A stretch of 64,000 nucleotides of DNA, from assembly GCF_009914755.1 (NCBI RefSeq), contig NC_060928.1. One strand, written 5' to 3'. Positions 55,833-64,000 of the stretch are shown here, in pieces. Position 1 is the stretch's first letter. Each line of letters opens with the position of its first letter. This DNA comes from the human T2T-CHM13v2.0 reference genome, Homo sapiens. The notes under the pieces were generated by a model. That model was not told the DNA's origin, did not search any database, and worked only from the letters and a program-made list of their open reading frames with translations. A program made the translations under genes and the position numbers.

Positions 55833-55867
<35 letters not shown>
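55815..55867 (+). repeat. (GTT)n followed by (TG)n microsatellite
   Basis: Direct read. Confidence 0.95.
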
Positions 55868-55869
<2 letters not shown>

Positions 55870-56103
55870 GTCGGGTTTACTGAGATATAACTTGCCACAG
55901 TAAGATTTGCATTTCTTAGGTATACACATCTAAAGTTTTAACAAATGTAAGCTGTACCACTATCACCACAATTACGATAGATACTACATAGATAATATTT
56001 CATCATTCCCCCTAAAGTTCCCTCATGCCCCTTTGTAGTCAATCTCTTCCCCATCCCAATCCTTGGCAGCCCCTGTCCTGATTTTTGCCTCTGTAGTTGT
56101 ATC

Positions 56104-57163
<1,060 letters not shown>

Positions 57164-57488
57164 TTTAAATGAGAAGTTTACATCTTCAAATAAATTGCAA
57201 GAATAGGACAATGAATGCCTCTATATACTCTTCTCCTAAATTTACCAACTGTTAACATTTTTGCCACATTTCTTCTCTCTCTCTTTGTATTTGTATACAC
57301 TCTTGTTTATTTATGTTTGTTTGATTTTGCTGAATCTTTTGAGAGTTACTTGCAGAAATCATAAGACTATCTCCCTAAACACTTCAGCACACATCTCCTA
57401 ACAACAGAGGCATTCTCCCTCAGAAACACAATAAAATTATTACTCAGTAAATTTAGTAATCATTAGATGCTATTATTTAACATATAGT

Positions 57489-57765
57489 GGCACTTTGGGA
57501 AGCCAAGGTGGGCGGATCCCTTGAGGCCAGGAGTTCAAGTCAGCCTGGCCAACATGGCGAAATGTCTCTACTAAAAAAACAAAATTTAGCCGGGCATGGT
57601 GGCGAGCTCCTGTAATTCCAACTACTTGGGAGGCTGGGGCTTGAGATCACTTAAACCTGGGAGGTGGCGACTGCAGTGAGCTGAGATCATGCCTCTGCAC
57701 TCCAGCCTGGAGACAGAGCGCAGAGCGAGACTCTGTCTCAATAAATAAATAAATAAATAAATAAA
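57489..57765 (+). mobile_element. 5'-truncated Alu
   Basis: Starts at GCACTTTGGGA; (TAAA)n tail. Confidence 0.88.
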
Positions 57766-57777
57766 AATAACATATAA

Positions 57778-58104
<327 letters not shown>

Positions 58105-58261
58105 CATAATCACTTTTCTCCAGTTGTCCCAATGATGTCTTTTATAGCTGTTTAGGTTTTTTAAGAAAAACATTAATTCAGCATATCCAATGAAGGATCA
58201 GGCCTTGTATTTTGTTGTTATGTCATTTTAGCTTCCTTTATTCTTGAACAGCTCTCCCAGC

Positions 58262-58307
<46 letters not shown>

Positions 58308-58322
58308 GTCTGTCTATCTACA
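58262..58322 (+). repeat. (TATC)n/(GATA)n tetranucleotide STR
   Basis: About 11 TATC units followed by TGTC variants. Confidence 0.95.
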
Positions 58323-59014
58323 TCTTTTATGACATTAACATTTTTGAAGAGTTCAGGCCAATTGTTTTTCACAGTGTTCCTCAGTTTGGATTTGCCTGAC
58401 TGTATGCCCATGGTTTAGACTCAGCCAGGGGAACCACGGGTGAGAGGTTGTGTCCTTTTCAGTGTTTGGCAGAGGGAGGCAGCTGCAAGACACTTCTGAA
58501 AAGTTCCTTTTGCAAAAGAAAAGCAAGCCCCAAGTTCTTCCTGCAAGAAGAGCATTTAGCCTTGAATGCCTCCTCAGCTGCTACTGTGTGCAAATCTCTT
58601 TAGCAAGGCATTTCCAGGAGGGACTGATTAAGAATGGTGGTTTAGATTTTAGTTAAATGCTGTCACTTAGCTTTAAAACATATGTTCCCATATTCCCTGC
58701 ATCAATGATGATTTCTATTTTATTACTCTTTGAATCATTTCTCCCTCTTTGGGAATATATATCTTCAGTTATTATGTAACATGGTGGAAAAGTAGGATCA
58801 GACTTACAAAACGTGAGTCACACGCCCATTTTTTGTAAGCCTACTTGAGTTCTTTTGCCTGGTGTGCACACGCTAACTCCCTTACAGTCTCCAGATCTAA
58901 ATATTCCCTCTCCAAGTGGCCAATCCCGACTTCCCTCCTGAAAACATCAACTACCACTCCCTACCTGTATCCTCAATCCCTTTCATCCCCCATATTCTAA
59001 AAAATAGAGACAGG

Positions 59015-59437
59015 TGACCGGGCGTGGTGGCTCACGCCTATAATCCTAGCACTTTGGGAGGCCGAGGTGGGTGGATCACCTGAGGTTAGGAGTTCAAGAC
59101 CAGCCTGGCCAACATGCTGAAACCCCATCTCTACTAAAAATACAAAAATTAGCTGGGCGCGGTGGTGCACACCTGTAATCCCAGCTACTCAGGAGGCTGA
59201 GGCAGGAGAATCACTTGAACCCAGGGGGCGGAGGTTGCAGTGAGCCGAGATCACACCACTTTACAACAGCCTGGGCTATAGAGCAAGACTCTTACTCCAA
59301 AAAAAAGAAAAAAAAAATAGAGATGGGATCTTGCTACTTGCCCAGGCTTGTCTTGAACTCCTGGCCTCCAGCAATTCTCCCACCTCAGCCTTTCTAGTAG
59401 TAGCTGGGACAACAGGCATGTGCTGCCATGCCTGGCT
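59015..59437. mobile_element. Alu (+, 59015-59317) inserted at the tail of a FLAM (-, 59318-59437)
   Basis: TSD AAAAAATAGAGA. Confidence 0.85.
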
Positions 59438-59993
59438 TCACTCCACCTATTTTCTCTCTCTCTCCTTTTCAATTCTTATCTCTTGTTATCTCCAATATCC
59501 AATATAACTTACTTATTTGTGTATTTATTATTGTTGGTCTAGTCCTGACAGCACATGGGCCCTATGGGGCAGGGATTTCTGTCTGTGGTGTCCACTGCTA
59601 TAGTCCCCGCACTGAGAACTGTGCCTGGCACATCATACGATCTTATGCATATTTACTGAGTGAATGAAGGAACAGATGAATGGCTCTTTGTCCAGTGAGC
59701 AAATTGTTTCATGTTTAGAATGAGAGAATTGCGAAAGTTATTGATCTCGTAGTAGTTAAGAGTATACAAGAGCTTGGGTTGGGTTCAAATTGTTGTTTGA
59801 ACGTGGCTCATCTTTTGCAGGAGACTATTCCAGAATTTCAAGATTAAGTGGCAGTGAAGTGTGGTGCTAAGAGGCCCAAGAACCCGGACCTGGTGTCCTG
59901 ACTCCATGTGTCATAGTGGTAGAGCCTTGACACTCCAGGCTCTGTCAAACCGGGGTTCTCTCCCCTTGGGGCCACACCCTTTAATTCCTTTCA

Positions 59994-60346
<353 letters not shown>

Positions 60347-61095
60347 TTATTCGTTCTCGTACCCAAGTAGCAGTTCTGCTGCTTTCATCCTTCCTATTGA
60401 GGCACCTTCCACCTCCATTACTCTCAATGTCTGGGATGAGGACACAGTGGGACCCGGCCCTCCTGCCAAGACCCAATGGGTTACTGCTCTGACAGGGCAG
60501 AGGTCCCAACTCCTTTTATTATGATCATGGGGCAGAAATTGTGATGCCGTGGGGCCATGCAGTCACAACTCTTATGCCATTCAGACATTAAGGACAAGGG
60601 TTTTCCAGTTCTTTAATAGAAACAAACAAATCAAAGCAGAGTGATTTCTAAACAGAGAAAGAACCCTGATACGGAGTGCAAATCAAGGAGAGTGATTTCT
60701 AAACAAAGAGAGAGTCTTAACGTAGCGTGTGTGCGGGCAAGAAAAGACCATGGACGTCACGGGTTGTTACATATGCTCACTGGAGAAGGCAAAGTCACGG
60801 TGGGTGTGGTCATGGGAACCTAGGACCGTTGAAAGATTTTCCTGAGAGCTGTCCCTTCCCCTTGGGCAAGTTCCTCAACCTTTCCAGCTGAGGGATTTTT
60901 TTCCATCTGTATTTGAGGATAATAATATTTACCTTCTATGGTTCTTGGTAATGAATAGAGGTAATACATGCAAAATGTTGGACAGAGAGTAGGTATTTAA
61001 TATTAATAATAGTGATAATAATGTAGTAGCTACCATTTATTGAGCAGCTATTCTGTGCATGCTCAAGCAACCTTATAACCTCATTCCATAGGCAC

Positions 61096-62288
<1,193 letters not shown>

Positions 62289-62436
62289 TTAAGTTCTTAA
62301 TTGCTTCATTTGATGTCTTTTCAAGTAAGTGAAATAGACACATATTTTTCAAATAAAAGTATATATAAAATATATATGTTTTAAGTTAAGTGAAAAAATA
62401 TATATATTACAATTTTCCAAGTAAGTGAAATATATA

Positions 62437-62767
62437 CAGTCATGCGCTACATAACAACATCTCAGTCAACAATGGACTGCATATATGATTGTGGTGCCAT
62501 AAGATTATAATACTGTATTTTCATGGTACCTTTTCTATGTTTAGATACACAAATACTTCCCATTGTGTTACAATTGCCTATGTTTAGATTCATAAATACT
62601 TCTTATTGTGTTACAGTTGCCTACAGTATTCAGTACAGTCACATGCTGTACAGGTTTGTAGCTGTACCATATATCCTAGGTGTGTAGCAGGCTACGCCAT
62701 CTAGGTTTGTGAAAGTACACTCTAGGATGATCACACAATGACGAAATTGCCTAATGATGTGTTTCTC
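62437..62767. mobile_element. Tigger3/MER7-like Tc1-mariner remnant, one TIR missing
   Basis: TA then CAGTCATGCGC; GTTGCCTACAGTATTCAGTACAG; CCATCTAGGTTTGTG..GTACACTCTA. Confidence 0.85.
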
Positions 62768-62775
62768 TCTCTCTC

Positions 62776-63239
62776 TTTTTTTTTTTTTTGAGATGGAGTC
62801 TCACTCTGTCACCTGGGCTGGAGTGCAGTGGTGCAGTGGCGCGATCTCGGCTCACTGCATCCTCCACCTCCTGGGTTCAAGTGATTCTCCTGCCTCAGTC
62901 TCCTGAATAGCTGGGATTACAGGCATGCACCATCACACCCAGCTAATTTTTGTATTTTTAGTAGAGAGGGGTTTCACCATGTTGGCCAGGCTGCTCTCAA
63001 ACTTCTGATCTCGTGATTTGCCTGCCTTGGCCTCCCAAAGTGCTGGGATTACAAGCGTGAGCCACTGTTCCTGGCCTCAAGCGATTGTCTTGCCTCAGCC
63101 TCTTTAGTAGCTGGAACAACAGGCACGTGCCAGCATGATTTCGCCACGTTGCCCAGGCTGGTCTCGTGACCTCAAGTGATCTCTCTGCCTTGAGCTCCCA
63201 AAGTGCTAGGATTACAGGCATAAGCCACAGCACCTGGCC
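62776..63239 (-). mobile_element. Alu plus an adjoining partial Alu
   Basis: Reverse dimer 62776-63076, then a deleted Alu to 63239. Confidence 0.85.
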
Positions 63240-63249
63240 TGAGTACTCT

Positions 63250-63620
63250 ATTTAAAATGCACTCCTCTCCTGTTACTCTTGCTATGGTTTTGTTTACCTT
63301 CATAGCAATTAGCCTCACCCGAAGTATCATATTCTACTCATGACTCCTCTGATGTAAGCTCCATGAGGCAGGGGCTGTATTTGGGCCTTTGCTTGTTCCC
63401 AGTGCCTGGCATGGAGTTATCTCTCAGTAAATATTTGTTGAATGTCTGGACGTGGTGGTGCATGCCTGTAATTCCAGCACTTTGGGAGGCTGAGGTGGGA
63501 GGATCACTTGAGCCCAGTAGGTTGAGGCTGCGGTGAGCCGTGACGACGCCACTAAACTCCAGCCTGAACAACAGAGCAAGACCTCATCTCAAAAAAATTT
63601 TTTTATTGTTGTTGAATGAA
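63250..63620 (+). mobile_element. L2 3' end with a FRAM-like monomer (63445-63597)
   Basis: ATGTAAGCTCCATGAGGCAGGG..CTCAGTAAATATTTGTTGAATG; monomer TSD TTGTTGAATG. Confidence 0.8.
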
Positions 63621-63644
63621 TGCTTGGAGAGCCAAAGGAGCTGA

Positions 63645-64000
<356 letters not shown>

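Noticed and set aside
60627-60715. CRISPR-like repeat-spacer array
   Set aside because: Only two imperfect copies, primate context, no cas genes.
62318-62436. Three copies of an AAGTAAGTGAAA-like motif
   Set aside because: AT-rich local slippage with no further structure.

Overview
Primate, most likely human, intergenic DNA that is very repeat-dense: about 85 Alu copies or fragments by manual count, plus MIR, L2, old L1, MaLR/ERV1 LTRs and hAT/Tigger DNA transposon fossils. I find no intact protein-coding gene; nearly all tracked ORFs are Alu, L1, microsatellite or GC-shadow artefacts. The one gene-derived feature is a full-length processed pseudogene of ISYNA1 (myo-inositol-1-phosphate synthase) at about 4852-6688, with 7 frameshifts and at least 3 in-frame stops. 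An ISYNA1 pseudogene is known on human 4p, so this is probably that locus (not verifiable here). The sequence does not support a new multi-gene system. The best second-look items are: (1) the retrocopy is still CpG-island-like despite heavy divergence and carries a consensus splice donor, with a well-formed 81-nt candidate exon downstream; (2) an apparent ~1.9-kb inversion inside a near full-length hAT-Charlie transposon, revealed by a displaced, reversed Alu target-site duplication; (3) a PATRR-like AT-rich inverted duplication with an Alu at its centre; (4) several scars of collapsed or deleted inverted Alu pairs; (5) an intact solo LTR10 with an AP-1 site. Repeat subfamily names and the parent ISYNA1 protein come from recalled sequences, not a database search, and most boundaries are approximate.
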